DNA of 64,000 bases from Candidatus Nanohaloarchaea archaeon (GTDB lineage Archaea; Nanohalarchaeota; Nanosalinia; Nanosalinales; Nanosalinaceae). Shown one piece after another: positions 1 through 9,353 of the stretch. How positions within the stretch are numbered: position 1 is the stretch's first letter; each line of letters begins with the position of its first letter. The DNA is taken from NCBI GenBank assembly GCA_013343275.1, contig CP046106.1:384001-448000 (forward strand), given 5' to 3'. The translations under genes were made by a program, and so were the position numbers. The notes under the pieces were generated by a model. It saw nothing but the letters and a program-made list of their open reading frames with translations. It was not told the DNA's origin and did not search any database.

Positions 1-697
1 TCTTCATCAGCACATAGGTTGAATCTACTTCTCCATCAGGACCGGGGTAGTAGATGCTGGTACAGGGGACTGCAATTTTGGAAGTAGTGAGAGGTTCTAC
101 AGGACAGCTACTGGAAAGGCCTTTCCTGAGAACTACATAGAGAGAACCGTTGTACCTTCTGGCATCTTCCACCCAGGAGTTGTTGAGGCCGTAGCTCCAT
201 ACTTCTTCATAACTTTCTGTATCGTAGGCCGTAATATTGCTGTTTCCGAGGAAGATGAGAGTATCGTTGGATAGCACCATTCTTCCTCTGGCCGAGAGGT
301 TTCTCTCCGCAGTGAAGTTCTCCGGAGGCCTTGCATCGAAGACCGTTGCGTTAGATCCCCAGTAATTATCGGAGGAATAGAATATTTCCTCGCCGTTATT
401 CTTCAGTATGTCCGGTTCCTGCACCCCGGTAACCTGATTGTTAGTGCTGGCGTACCGTGTACCGGAAGATCCTGCTGAAGCATCCGGTACGGTGGCTTTT
501 GACTGCTCTAGAGAATATCCATTAAGTGAAGAAGTTGTATCGGAGGTGTGAGCGCTGACGTACTCGGCAAACTGCTGTTCCGAGCTAAAACTATTGAACT
601 GGCCTGTACGGGTTTCAGAGCTGTTTAAAGCATTGAAAGATACTCCGGCTGCGAGCAAAAGTGTTAGAGATGCGATTACAAAGTATTCTCTTCTCAT
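1..697 (-). CDS. Secreted beta-propeller domain protein (Beta_propel-like), 3' part outside the window
   Basis: Not in ORF track; manual translation from ATG 697: MRREYFVIASLTLLLAAGVSF (signal/TM)...YASTNNQVTGVQEPDILKNNGEEIFY, the 'S.TNxQV.GVDEPDxVK' motif of this family; frame open to the window edge. Confidence 0.75.
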   Translation of the reverse strand, partial: MRREYFVIASLTLLLAAGVSFNALNSSETRTGQFNSFSSEQQFAEYVSAHTSDTTSSLNGYSLEQSKATVPDASAGSSGTRYASTNNQVTGVQEPDILKNNGEEIFYSSDNYWGSNATVFDARPPENFTAERNLSARGRMVLSNDTLIFLGNSNITAYDTESYEEVWSYGLNNSWVEDARRYNGSLYVVLRKGLSSSCPVEPLTTSKIAVPCTSIYYPGPDGEVDSTYVLMK

Positions 698-778
698 GGA
701 TAATCTGTTCTCTACGACAGGTTAAATATAGAGGTGTAAACGTTCGGATCATATCGAATAGCCTGAGGGCTTAAGCCT

Positions 779-1366
779 TTGAATCCGAAATTTTTTAAAG
801 CTCAGAGCTTAAACTCGGTTGTGCCAGAAGAACATCAGGAGGAAGACTATGTCTGGATCGGAAACAACGGCGAAACCAATCCTATAGAACGTATTCAATC
901 CGGAGAACTGAACGAAGGTAATTTCTACACCCGAACCGCAAATGCAAAGTTCAGACCCCTGGATACCGCACATGGAAACTACTTGACAACAGTAGAGGAC
1001 CACTGGCCTGATACCAACGACGTTCTAGCAGTTAACCCAGAAGTACTGGTGCCTTACCTGGAAGAAGGCTATGCAGCACAGGTACCGAAGGAAATTGATG
1101 CATGGGTACGGTCAGAGGAAGGAGGTTTCTCAACCACACTCAGGTTCGATCCAGAGTTTTACGAAAATCCTATGGAGTACGATATAATACTTGGATCAAC
1201 TCCTGCACCCGGACCTCAAACAAGCGAAACACAGAAACAGTTCCGGGAAAAGCTGAAAGGCCAGACGGTCAGAGTAACACCTGTCAAAAACGAGTCTGAG
1301 GCCATATTCCAGAAAATCGCATCGATAGACGATGTAGAACAGACACTAGAACCTCAGGCAAAATAG
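779..1366 (+). CDS. Hypothetical acidic protein
   Basis: 195 aa ORF with halophile-type acidic composition; no recognised motif; start uncertain. Confidence 0.6.
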   Translation: MNPKFFKAQSLNSVVPEEHQEEDYVWIGNNGETNPIERIQSGELNEGNFYTRTANAKFRPLDTAHGNYLTTVEDHWPDTNDVLAVNPEVLVPYLEEGYAAQVPKEIDAWVRSEEGGFSTTLRFDPEFYENPMEYDIILGSTPAPGPQTSETQKQFREKLKGQTVRVTPVKNESEAIFQKIASIDDVEQTLEPQAK

Positions 1367-1371
1367 ACTAT

Positions 1372-1761
1372 CTAAGCAGATTCAGCACAGTGCTCACAGC
1401 AGAAAATTTCCCCGTCCTCCTCGTAACCGCCGCTGTAGATCTCACAGCCGCAGTTTTCACACTCTTCCACCTGGTCAAGTACTGAGGCCTCTATTACTTC
1501 GCCGAATGATTCGACTTTTTCAGATGCGAAATCCTCTCCTTCCTCTGTCAGAGAATAAACTTTCTTTCTGCCGTCTTTCCGTTCCTCAACTAGGTTGTTG
1601 TCAACTAATTTTGACAGAAAAGGGTATATGTGAGAACTTGAAGGCCTGTTGCCTGTTAACTCCTCTATACGATCCATTAACTCATATCCGTGCCTCTCGT
1701 CGCTTTTCAGGAGAAGTACTGTGTACAGGCGGTTGACATTTGAGAGATTTATCTCGGTCAT
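1372..1761 (-). CDS. PadR-family regulator with C-terminal Cys-rich TRASH/metallothionein-like domain (copy 1)
   Basis: PadR motifs HGYEL, IYPFLSKL, RKKVYSLTEEG; tail CENCGC-x14-CCEHCA. Confidence 0.85.
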   Translation of the reverse strand: MTEINLSNVNRLYTVLLLKSDERHGYELMDRIEELTGNRPSSSHIYPFLSKLVDNNLVEERKDGRKKVYSLTEEGEDFASEKVESFGEVIEASVLDQVEECENCGCEIYSGGYEEDGEIFCCEHCAESA

Positions 1762-1794
1762 ATAGTTTGGCTATTGTGAAAAAGATATAAAATT

Positions 1795-1811
1795 GTATCA
1801 TATTTTGATAC
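1795..1811. promoter_or_regulatory. Palindromic operator GTATCA-N5-TGATAC
   Basis: Between divergent padR1 and hydrolase, beside an ATATAAAA TATA-like box; same core at five other promoters. Confidence 0.7.
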
Positions 1812-1860
1812 TTCTGTGAAAAAGTTCGAAGATATACGTAAAGAGCTTCCTGAACCAAAA

Positions 1861-2641
1861 ATGGTAGAGATAGAGGAGGATTACTTTCTCGAAACGCTAT
1901 CGGGAGAGAGATTCCTCCTGCATCATCTTTGTTCACGGGGGCGGAGGAAACCTATGGAACTCTTACCGACAGTTTGACTGGTTTAAAGAGAAATACACTC
2001 TGATCTCTTACAACCTCTCGGGCTATGGTAGGTCCTCTTATCGTGAAGATCAAAGTCTGGAGAATCATGTTGAAGACCTCAGAAAACTCATAGAAAAATA
2101 TGGTATTAGGGACGTGGTTGTTCATGGACACAGTTACGGTACTGAGATCGCCCTCGAGTACGCAAAAGAGTATAGTCCGGAGGGCCTCGTTATCACTGGC
2201 GGCGGAGCATTCGACCTAACTCCGGAATGGGAGAAACCATTACTAAAGACCTTACTAGCACTAAGATTCTATAAAATACCTTCAAATACATGGCTGATGA
2301 AAAAACTGGCCTCAAAGGCCTTACACCCAGATACATCTGAGGAAAGAGTTCTTGACTTCCTCAAATCAAATCCTATGCCTCACCGAAGATCTGCATGGGA
2401 AACCGTGATCAAGTCTTTCTGGAGTTACGATGCCGAAAACCTCCACGAAATAAACTGTCCTACAGCTGTAATACATGGTCCAGAGGACGGAATAGTGCCC
2501 ATAGAGTCTGCCCGAAGAACAGCGGATAAACTCTCAGACTCCGAATTCCACGAGATCTCAAAGACAGGTCACGTACCGATGGCTGAAAGACCTGAGCATT
2601 ATAACCAGATTCTGGAGAAGTTTGTAGACGACCATCTGTGA
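1861..2641 (+). pseudogene. Alpha/beta hydrolase, frameshifted near the 5' end (or sequencing error)
   Basis: ATG 1861 frame (MVEIEEDYFLETLSGE) switches at a GA repeat (~1904-1911) to the frame encoding CIIFVHGGGG...LSGYGRS...GHSYG...GH; ORF track only catches 2114..2641. Confidence 0.7.
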
Positions 2642-2660
2642 AATCCAGAAATTATAAAAC

Positions 2661-2679
2661 TATATCATATACTGATATA
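2661..2679. promoter_or_regulatory. Palindromic operator TATATCA-N5-TGATATA
   Basis: Perfect 7-5-7 inverted repeat between TTATAAAA (2652-2659) and in-frame GTG 2683. Confidence 0.75.
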
Positions 2680-2682
2680 AAC

Positions 2683-3960
2683 GTGGAGAGATACGAGCAC
2701 CTCACAATATTCACTATAGCAGTACTCGCAGTACTGTCCGGAGTACTTACAACTTCAAGGCCTCTACTAGACTTCCTCGTAGCAAACGGATTAGATGCAG
2801 CACATACAGCATTCTACATGGGCTGGATCACGTGGTGGGCCCTGGTACTCGGATTCTCTATCGCAGGAGCAGTAGAGGCCTGGGTACCGAAATCCAAGAT
2901 CTCGGAGAAGCTTGAAGGAGAAGGCCTCAAATCTCTAGGCCTGGCGACATTCTTCGGATTTGTATCGTCTTCCTGTTCCTACAGCGCTATCGCTACCGCT
3001 AAAAACCTGTTCAAGAAAGGGGCTTCCGCAGGTTCAAGCCTTGGCGCCTTCATGTTCGCATCAACAAATCTTGTTATCGAGATCGGAGTTGTAATATACA
3101 TACTACTTGGATGGCAGTTTTTAGTCGCAGACTTCATCGGAGGCCTCGTTTTGATAGGCCTCATGGCTGTAACCTTCCGCTACCTGGTACCTGATGAAGT
3201 TATCGAGAAGGCGAGAGAAAATGCGAACTCTGGAACTGAGAAAGTTACTGATCCGGTCTGCGGCATGGATGTAGATCCTGAGGAAGCTGATTACAGCGAG
3301 GAAGTCAACGGCGAGAAGTTTTACTTCTGTTCAAAGAGCTGCAAGGAAAGCTTCGACCCTGAAGATGTGAACGTTGGGGTCTGGGAGAACATGACCTCTC
3401 TGAAGGGCTGGAAGAAACTCGCTGACAAACAGTGGAAAGAATGGGGAATGCTTTACGAAGACATAATCGTAGGATTCATCCTCGCCGGAATCATCGGGTC
3501 TTTCGTCCCACAATCTGTCTGGACTTCGCTTCTAGGAGGCCAGTTCCTGGGCCTTCCTGCATTCGTTGTCTGGTCTGCAATAGTCGGCACAGTCATCGGC
3601 ATAGCAACATTTGTCTGCTCTGTAGGAAACGTACCGTTTGGCGCCGTCTTATGGAGCAAGGGATTCCCGTTCGGATCTATCCTGTCATACATCTATGCAG
3701 ATCTTATAGTGCCGCCGATCATGGATGCGTACAAGGATTATTATGGTAAGAAGTTTGCTGCAATCCTTTCAGCGATGATATTCGTCGCAGCAGTGATAGT
3801 AGGAGTCCTTGTACACTTCCTGTTCCTTGCGACAGGATTCCTGCCAGATCCAGCAACAGCAAAAATTGTAGAGGAAAATATAAAGTGGAACTACAAGGCC
3901 TGGCTCAACATCATATTCACAGCAGCATTCATAGGTCTTTACTGGCTTCACAGGGACTAG
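2683..3960 (+). CDS. DUF318/ArsP-like permease with internal YHS metal-binding domain
   Basis: Multiple TMs, SSSCSY and FVCSVGNVP motifs, YHS DPVCGMDVD...FYFCSKSC; start moved to GTG 2683 after the TATA box. Confidence 0.8.
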   Translation: MERYEHLTIFTIAVLAVLSGVLTTSRPLLDFLVANGLDAAHTAFYMGWITWWALVLGFSIAGAVEAWVPKSKISEKLEGEGLKSLGLATFFGFVSSSCSYSAIATAKNLFKKGASAGSSLGAFMFASTNLVIEIGVVIYILLGWQFLVADFIGGLVLIGLMAVTFRYLVPDEVIEKARENANSGTEKVTDPVCGMDVDPEEADYSEEVNGEKFYFCSKSCKESFDPEDVNVGVWENMTSLKGWKKLADKQWKEWGMLYEDIIVGFILAGIIGSFVPQSVWTSLLGGQFLGLPAFVVWSAIVGTVIGIATFVCSVGNVPFGAVLWSKGFPFGSILSYIYADLIVPPIMDAYKDYYGKKFAAILSAMIFVAAVIVGVLVHFLFLATGFLPDPATAKIVEENIKWNYKAWLNIIFTAAFIGLYWLHRD

Positions 3961-4210
3961 CCAGCTGTTGCCATGTATCTAACTCAACCTATGGCCTCCA
4001 GAAAATATGTTTTCCCCTTTCTGAGATTGGAATGCTGACTTCCAAATCTTACAAAGCGGATGGCGACCTCCGAAAGGTTGTATCTGTCTGTATAGGCATA
4101 CAGTCTTTTATTCTATTTAACAAGAAAAGGAGGAAGTAGGAAGCTATGTTAGCTTCCCGATTGTTTCTTTCCAGGCCTTGGTTCTGTGAACCCAGGGCAG
4201 AGCAGACAGC

Positions 4211-4309
4211 ATAAAAAATAACGAAAAACTAAAACAGGACTTCAACATCCAGACAGTTACGCTCCAGATAGAGAAAGATCAACAAAACCAGGGAGAAATA
4301 ACTCACTGA
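4211..4309 (+). pseudogene. Possible C-terminal remnant of a CDF (CzcD-like) metal transporter
   Basis: Startless fragment IKNNEKLKQDFNIQTVTLQIEKDQQNQGEITH* resembles the CDF tail 'L...F.I...T.QIE'. Confidence 0.35.
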
Positions 4310-4320
4310 CGAGGAACTTC

Positions 4321-5184
4321 TTAAATTCCTACGATAAGTCTCAGTAGAACCCTTAGTCCTGTCGCCAGACCGACCACGGTTAAGGCTAGTATCAATACGG
4401 CTTCAGTTATCTCGTCTTCATCTCCATCTTTGAGTACATATAGAACTGCTGCCAGTAAACCTGTTTTGACCAGCAGTATTCCAGGGGCTCCGAACAACTG
4501 TGTTGAGAACTGGGCCAGTAACTGTTTCTGCACATAGCCTTGAGAAACACTTACCATGCTGACTGCTCCGCCGAAGAACTGGCTGAAAGCTATAAGGTAG
4601 TAAGGAGCTTCGCCGAAGTCCGTATCCCTGTGAAGCCAGTAGAAACCCGTTAGCATAGCTCCCGGAATCAGAATGGATATAACCAGGAGGCTCCAGTTGA
4701 TTCCGAACTGGAACAACAGGTAGAAGGTGTAGAGAGCTACGGGCGTCAGGAATAGTGTTCCGATCTCGGCCAGTGACCGATCCCTGTCTTTACCATGTTT
4801 TTTTGAAATCCTGATCGCTCCAACGAACGAGATAACGTAGATTCCTGCGATTACGAAGTAAATCACAGGTGTTATCAGGAACGGCCTGAGGGAGAATACG
4901 ATGGCGCCGGTATCTTCGATGAACCGGAGCATACCACCCATCAGTATGAAAGGTACAGAGGCCACAACGGTTTCCGGTGTGAAGCGGATGTTTCTCCGGT
5001 CGAACTCCCTGTAAATAAGGTATCCAAAAAGTGCTGCGAGTATCCCCCATGCTGCGGTGTTGAAAATATTGTAGCCAGTTTGAGCAGTTACTCCGTTCCA
5101 GACGGCTGTCTCGGCGTTCTTTGCATCTGCAATTATAGGTCCTGCGATATACTTCCAGAGGAAGTTGAGAATTTTCTCTATCAA
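4321..5184 (-). CDS. DUF63-family integral membrane protein
   Basis: GYNIFNT, PFILMGGMLRFIED, LITPVIY, VGLATGLR motifs; many TMs. Confidence 0.75.
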   Translation of the reverse strand: MIEKILNFLWKYIAGPIIADAKNAETAVWNGVTAQTGYNIFNTAAWGILAALFGYLIYREFDRRNIRFTPETVVASVPFILMGGMLRFIEDTGAIVFSLRPFLITPVIYFVIAGIYVISFVGAIRISKKHGKDRDRSLAEIGTLFLTPVALYTFYLLFQFGINWSLLVISILIPGAMLTGFYWLHRDTDFGEAPYYLIAFSQFFGGAVSMVSVSQGYVQKQLLAQFSTQLFGAPGILLVKTGLLAAVLYVLKDGDEDEITEAVLILALTVVGLATGLRVLLRLIVGI

Positions 5185-5613
5185 CTATATCACCACTTGT
5201 AGAAGCATGTATAGAACCGCCAGCAACATGCCTAGATCTAAGAGAATGTGTTCCCATGAGAGCTTGAGTTCAACTGCTGTACCCATACACCCACAGTTAG
5301 GTCTGTCTGGATTCTCCTTCATTTCGTATAGTTGTGCGGCTATGAATATGATGAGGCTCAGAGATATGAAAATAAGAGCGATCTCTGGCAAAATCCAGAC
5401 TAATAGCATAGCTCCGGAGATTACTTCGACTATAGGCAACAGATAAGCCATATATCTAGAGACTTCCTCGAATCTATCCGGGACTATAGCATAGGATGAC
5501 GCTATACCAGCAAAACCTTTCAGGTCGGGGAGCTTGAGTATACCTGATAAAATCAGATAGCCGCCTATAAGAACTCTTAGAGCTAGAATTAGCGGTGTCG
5601 AGTGCATGACCAT
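5185..5613 (-). CDS. MauE/DoxX-family membrane protein
   Basis: LR...G..L.SG..KL start, VE motif, NCGCMG. Confidence 0.8.
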   Translation of the reverse strand: MVMHSTPLILALRVLIGGYLILSGILKLPDLKGFAGIASSYAIVPDRFEEVSRYMAYLLPIVEVISGAMLLVWILPEIALIFISLSLIIFIAAQLYEMKENPDRPNCGCMGTAVELKLSWEHILLDLGMLLAVLYMLLQVVI

Positions 5614-6224
5614 CAGCTCAGTTTGATTACTATGTTATCGCCGTCTCTTGGAATGTAACTTAATGGGTTTTCAAGTTTTTCTCCATTTGCTTTGACTGTG
5701 AGATTAGCTGGTTCTCCGTTGCAACTGGTTTGACCCATTACTGAGTCTTTCTTCAGCTGTCCGCCAAGATTATCAACTATCCAATCGAGCGTCGCCTGTT
5801 CTTTCGTCCTGACTCCTTCTAGGTGGAATGTTGTTGTTCCGTGCGTGTGTGCCTTAATTCCTCCGCCTTGTAGGACTCTGCTTTCTCCACAGACTATGAG
5901 CTGGTAGTTGGCGTGCCAGTGAACTGGAACTCCTATCCCTTTATCAGGAATTTTTTCTGGCTGCAGGGACTTGGAGAACTGGTATGCTTGGAAGCCTCCG
6001 ACTACGAGTCCTGCGAGAACCATGGCAGCGATTCCGCCATATACAATCTTTCTGTTCCGTTTATGTTTCGCTGTCTGTTCCTTCTCATTTAACTTGTTTA
6101 GTTTTCTCTGTTTGCCATCCTTATCGTGGCTTGACATCTCTTCCTCGTGATCCTTTAGTTCGTGCTGTAGCTTTCTCTTTTCTTTTTCGAATTCTTTTTC
6201 GCAGTAGTCGCAGTCTTCTGGCAT
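5613..6224 (-). CDS. Membrane protein with N-terminal C2H2-type finger and His-rich extracytoplasmic domain
   Basis: Start at MPEDCDYC (6224); CDYC-x12-H-x4-H; one TM; HWHA and HTHG motifs. Confidence 0.7.
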   Translation of the reverse strand: MPEDCDYCEKEFEKEKRKLQHELKDHEEEMSSHDKDGKQRKLNKLNEKEQTAKHKRNRKIVYGGIAAMVLAGLVVGGFQAYQFSKSLQPEKIPDKGIGVPVHWHANYQLIVCGESRVLQGGGIKAHTHGTTTFHLEGVRTKEQATLDWIVDNLGGQLKKDSVMGQTSCNGEPANLTVKANGEKLENPLSYIPRDGDNIVIKLS

Positions 6225-6234
6225 AATTTGACAC

Positions 6235-6831
6235 CTAAGTTGAAACGAACCTTCCGACCATTCCCTGCTCTGAGTGACCTGGCAGTGTGCACTCGAACCT
6301 GAGTGGTAGTTCTCCTGCTTTTGAAACGTTGACCGTGAATGATTCGGACTGGCCGGGCTGTACCAGGCTGGTTCCTTTGCCGACACCTGTCAACCGGAGA
6401 TTGTGGCCGATAGAACCTCTGTTAGTGAACCGCACCATTACCGTTCCCGTTTTGTTTACTCCTGTAGTAGAGGGTCTGAAGTAGTATTCTCCTCCGGAGA
6501 TACGTACTATCTTGTCAACATTTTTACTGATTTTTTCCTCCGTACTTTGTCCCGGGTTCATAGAGTTAAGCGCTAATCCTCCGCCAGCCACGGTAAGAGC
6601 GATCAGTATCCCGGCTATAGCTAACTTGTTGCCTAGAACTGTTTTGCGGACAGTTCCCCAGTGTTTTTTCTTGTGTTCTCTTAGACTTTCCTTCGAGCTG
6701 AATTTCTCTCCACACTTGGAGCATTCTTCCAATTTGCTGTGGTCGTAATCTTCTTTGTGCTGCTGGAGCGCCTGTTCGGAACTGAAGCTCTTATCACATT
6801 TGTCGCAGTCGAATTTTCCCACTTGTATCAC
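6235..6831 (-). CDS. Two C2H2 zinc fingers + TM + cupredoxin domain
   Basis: CDKC..H..H, CSKC..H...H; TM; type-1 Cu ligands GHNL...CTLPGHSEQGM. Confidence 0.8.
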   Translation of the reverse strand: MIQVGKFDCDKCDKSFSSEQALQQHKEDYDHSKLEECSKCGEKFSSKESLREHKKKHWGTVRKTVLGNKLAIAGILIALTVAGGGLALNSMNPGQSTEEKISKNVDKIVRISGGEYYFRPSTTGVNKTGTVMVRFTNRGSIGHNLRLTGVGKGTSLVQPGQSESFTVNVSKAGELPLRFECTLPGHSEQGMVGRFVST

Positions 6832-7919
6832 CCTGGAGTTATCTTTCCTGTCATCCCGTTAGCTGCGTGGCCAGGAAGGCTACACTCAAAGCTTATAGGG
6901 AAGGTTCCTGATTTTGGGGCGATAAATGTGAAGGAGTCGGTTTGTCCTGCTTGAATAACTCTTGAACCAACTCCTAGACTAGGAATCCTCAGGTTATGAG
7001 GGATGCTGCCGGTGTTTCTGAATTCTACTTTTACGGTCTGGCCTTTTTTCACTTGGATAGTGGATGGTGAGAAGCTGTATTCTGTCCCCGAGACTTGTAT
7101 GGTCTTATCAACTTGTTCGTTTCTTCCTGTTGTCTCAGTTCCTGAATCTGAGTTTTGAACTCGGTTGATAACAGAGCGGAACCTGCTATACGGCTGTGCG
7201 CCTGTAATTTGTTGACCGGTATCGGATCCTGTTCTGTAGATCACGAAGCCAGGAGTACCGGTGATTCCTACAGATCTGCCTTCACTTCTGTCCCTCTCTA
7301 TCTCGTCTTGGAATTTCTGCCTGTTGTTTTCCATGCAGCTTGACAGCTGATTTGCGTTTACTCCTGAAACCTGCCGTGTCATGGAGATTATATCCTGTTT
7401 GTCTCCCCATCCACTGTTTTCTCCGTCCTGGTTGTCGAACATCGAGGCGTGCCAGTTCCAGTAAGCTTCAGGATTCGATTCTCCTACCTGTTTCCAGACG
7501 CATTCAGAGGCTATTCCTGCTGTTGTTGAGTCCGGTCCGAGGAACTGGAAGTCTTTGAATACGAACCTTACCTTTCCTTCTGAAATGTAGTTGTTTTTCA
7601 GCTGTGGAAATGTCCTCTGCTCGAAACGCTTGCAGAACGGGCACTGGAAGTCACCCCAGTAAGCGATTGTGACAGGTGCATCTTCTTGACCGATCACGGG
7701 TTCTCCTGTAGTTTCGAAGCTGACAGTTACACCTGAATCGCCTCCTGAGGGAGAAGGCGAGGGGTTATTATCGCTGTTTCCTGTTGGTTGTACGGTAGCC
7801 TTACCAGTTATTTGCCCTGAAACTATTGATCCAGTTAGGAATCCAACACTAATTCCGAGGGCAAAAACCAGTATCATCGCATGCTTTACATTCAGGCTTA
7901 TCTCTATTTCCTCTGTCAT
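6828..7919 (-). CDS. DsbA-family thiol-disulfide oxidoreductase fused to C-terminal cupredoxin
   Basis: DFQCPFC, GITGTPGF, GAQPY; C-terminal PHNL...CSLPGHAANGM. Confidence 0.85.
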   Translation of the reverse strand: MTEEIEISLNVKHAMILVFALGISVGFLTGSIVSGQITGKATVQPTGNSDNNPSPSPSGGDSGVTVSFETTGEPVIGQEDAPVTIAYWGDFQCPFCKRFEQRTFPQLKNNYISEGKVRFVFKDFQFLGPDSTTAGIASECVWKQVGESNPEAYWNWHASMFDNQDGENSGWGDKQDIISMTRQVSGVNANQLSSCMENNRQKFQDEIERDRSEGRSVGITGTPGFVIYRTGSDTGQQITGAQPYSRFRSVINRVQNSDSGTETTGRNEQVDKTIQVSGTEYSFSPSTIQVKKGQTVKVEFRNTGSIPHNLRIPSLGVGSRVIQAGQTDSFTFIAPKSGTFPISFECSLPGHAANGMTGKITPG

Positions 7920-8332
7920 TCTTTTTCCCTCCTGGCTGATTGAAGTGTTACCCCTAGAGCTAGAAGCAATAATCCGATATCCCTGATTATTACATCCATG
8001 TAACCTGCGCCTCCAAGAGCGAGGTTCAAAATTATTCCTGCCATCGACAGCGTGACTAATCCAGCTGCCACAGTAGTATATTTATCGAGTGTCAGGGCTG
8101 CTCCGAACAGAATCTCGAATACACCGTTCGCTTTCATGAAAAGAGTTCCAGTTAAGCCTATCTGGCTCATCAGGTCCGCGAAGACGGGAGCTATGTAGCT
8201 TGCCCATACAGCAGGATTTACCAGCTTGTGTACCCCGGAGAACAGTATAACGGTTCCAATACCCAGACGGAAAACCGTGCTTGAATGTTCTGAATATCGT
8301 TCTAAAAACTCTTTCAGGGAGTCGGTAAGCAT
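7916..8332 (-). CDS. DoxX-family membrane protein
   Basis: FRLGIG..LFSG..KL, GVFE, IRDIGLL. Confidence 0.8.
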   Translation of the reverse strand: MLTDSLKEFLERYSEHSSTVFRLGIGTVILFSGVHKLVNPAVWASYIAPVFADLMSQIGLTGTLFMKANGVFEILFGAALTLDKYTTVAAGLVTLSMAGIILNLALGGAGYMDVIIRDIGLLLLALGVTLQSARREKE

Positions 8333-8360
8333 CTCTGTCTGAGTTTAATCTGCTACAGTT

Positions 8361-8386
8361 TTAAAGGTTACAATAGGGTTACAATA
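8361..8386 (-). promoter_or_regulatory. Tandem GGTTACAATA direct repeat adjoining the TATA box of the doxX-dsbA operon
   Basis: TTAAAGGTTACAATAGGGTTACAATA, 11-bp period; near-copy at 8968-8990. Confidence 0.55.
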
Positions 8387-8429
8387 CTCTGGTTTCTTCA
8401 GTTGAAATTGTAAAGAATTTGCTATTGAT

Positions 8430-8942
8430 TCAGTTTTTTGGCTGCTGGCAGATCCTGGGATTGCCGACTTTTGCTATAGAAAAAGTTATGAGCAATATAC
8501 TCGCTGCTTTCAGACCATTTCCCTGGAAGGGTAATGCCGAGGCTATGCCTAATAGTCCAAAGAAACCTAGGATTCCTGCTCCGCAACCGGCACACCCTCC
8601 AGCCAGAAAAGCTGGGAACATTCCACCACCTTTTCTGATATTGGAGACGCCATTAATTTTTAGAGAACGGTAAAGGTTTACTACCAGAACACCTGAAAAC
8701 ACCGAATAAACTACAGAGAGAAAGATTCCTGTGTATCCAGCAGTATTGAATACATTCCAATTAAGGGCTAAGAAAGCCTCATCTAAATACAGGATACTTG
8801 CATTCAACATTTCTAAAGAATAATTAGGAAAACTACTCAAGGTCAGAACTAAATAGAAGATACTTGAGACGGCAATTAATCGTACTTTCGCTGGAAAAGA
8901 GTCGAAAGAAGACTTAAACCCGTTAACCAGTCCTCTACGCAT
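8430..8942 (-). CDS. Membrane protein with intramembrane GCAGCG (CxxC) motif
   Basis: About 4 TMs, GGCAGCG, C-terminal Cys; AT-rich coding sequence. Confidence 0.7.
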   Translation of the reverse strand: MRRGLVNGFKSSFDSFPAKVRLIAVSSIFYLVLTLSSFPNYSLEMLNASILYLDEAFLALNWNVFNTAGYTGIFLSVVYSVFSGVLVVNLYRSLKINGVSNIRKGGGMFPAFLAGGCAGCGAGILGFFGLLGIASALPFQGNGLKAASILLITFSIAKVGNPRICQQPKN

Positions 8943-8967
8943 GTAAATTTATTGAAGTTTCTAGAGA

Positions 8968-8990
8968 TTAAAAGGTTACATTAGGGTTTA
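8968..8990 (-). promoter_or_regulatory. Second copy of the GGTTACA tandem motif next to a TATA box
   Basis: TTAAAAGGTTACATTAGGGTTTA about 30 nt upstream of ATG 8942. Confidence 0.5.
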
Positions 8991-9043
8991 ATTAGCTCTA
9001 CGTACAGGTAACTTTATTGTAGATAACCTCTCAAAATTGGATT

Positions 9044-9349
9044 ATGGTCGACACTGTCAGCCTCAGTCTAGTGATTTTTTCCTCAATACTATTTGGCGTA
9101 GCCGTATATTATACATACCGTCTTTCAGAGGAAACTAACAGAGGAAAGTACTGGATATTCTATCTATTAGCCGCGATAGGCTTAGGAATGCACGAATGGT
9201 TGAAAGTTCTACACATATTTCTAAGAATACCTGAGCCGATTTATAACCTTCTTCTCGAGTTAGGTATAGTCGCTGGAGCTGCAAGCCTGAGCTATGCTTC
9301 CTATGGCCTTTACACATCGATGAAGAAGATTAGAGAAAAGGTGGAATAA
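9044..9349 (+). CDS. Small 3-TM membrane protein
   Basis: 101 aa hydrophobic ORF, 4 nt upstream of a wHTH gene. Confidence 0.7.
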   Translation: MVDTVSLSLVIFSSILFGVAVYYTYRLSEETNRGKYWIFYLLAAIGLGMHEWLKVLHIFLRIPEPIYNLLLELGIVAGAASLSYASYGLYTSMKKIREKVE

Positions 9350-9353
9350 AGGC

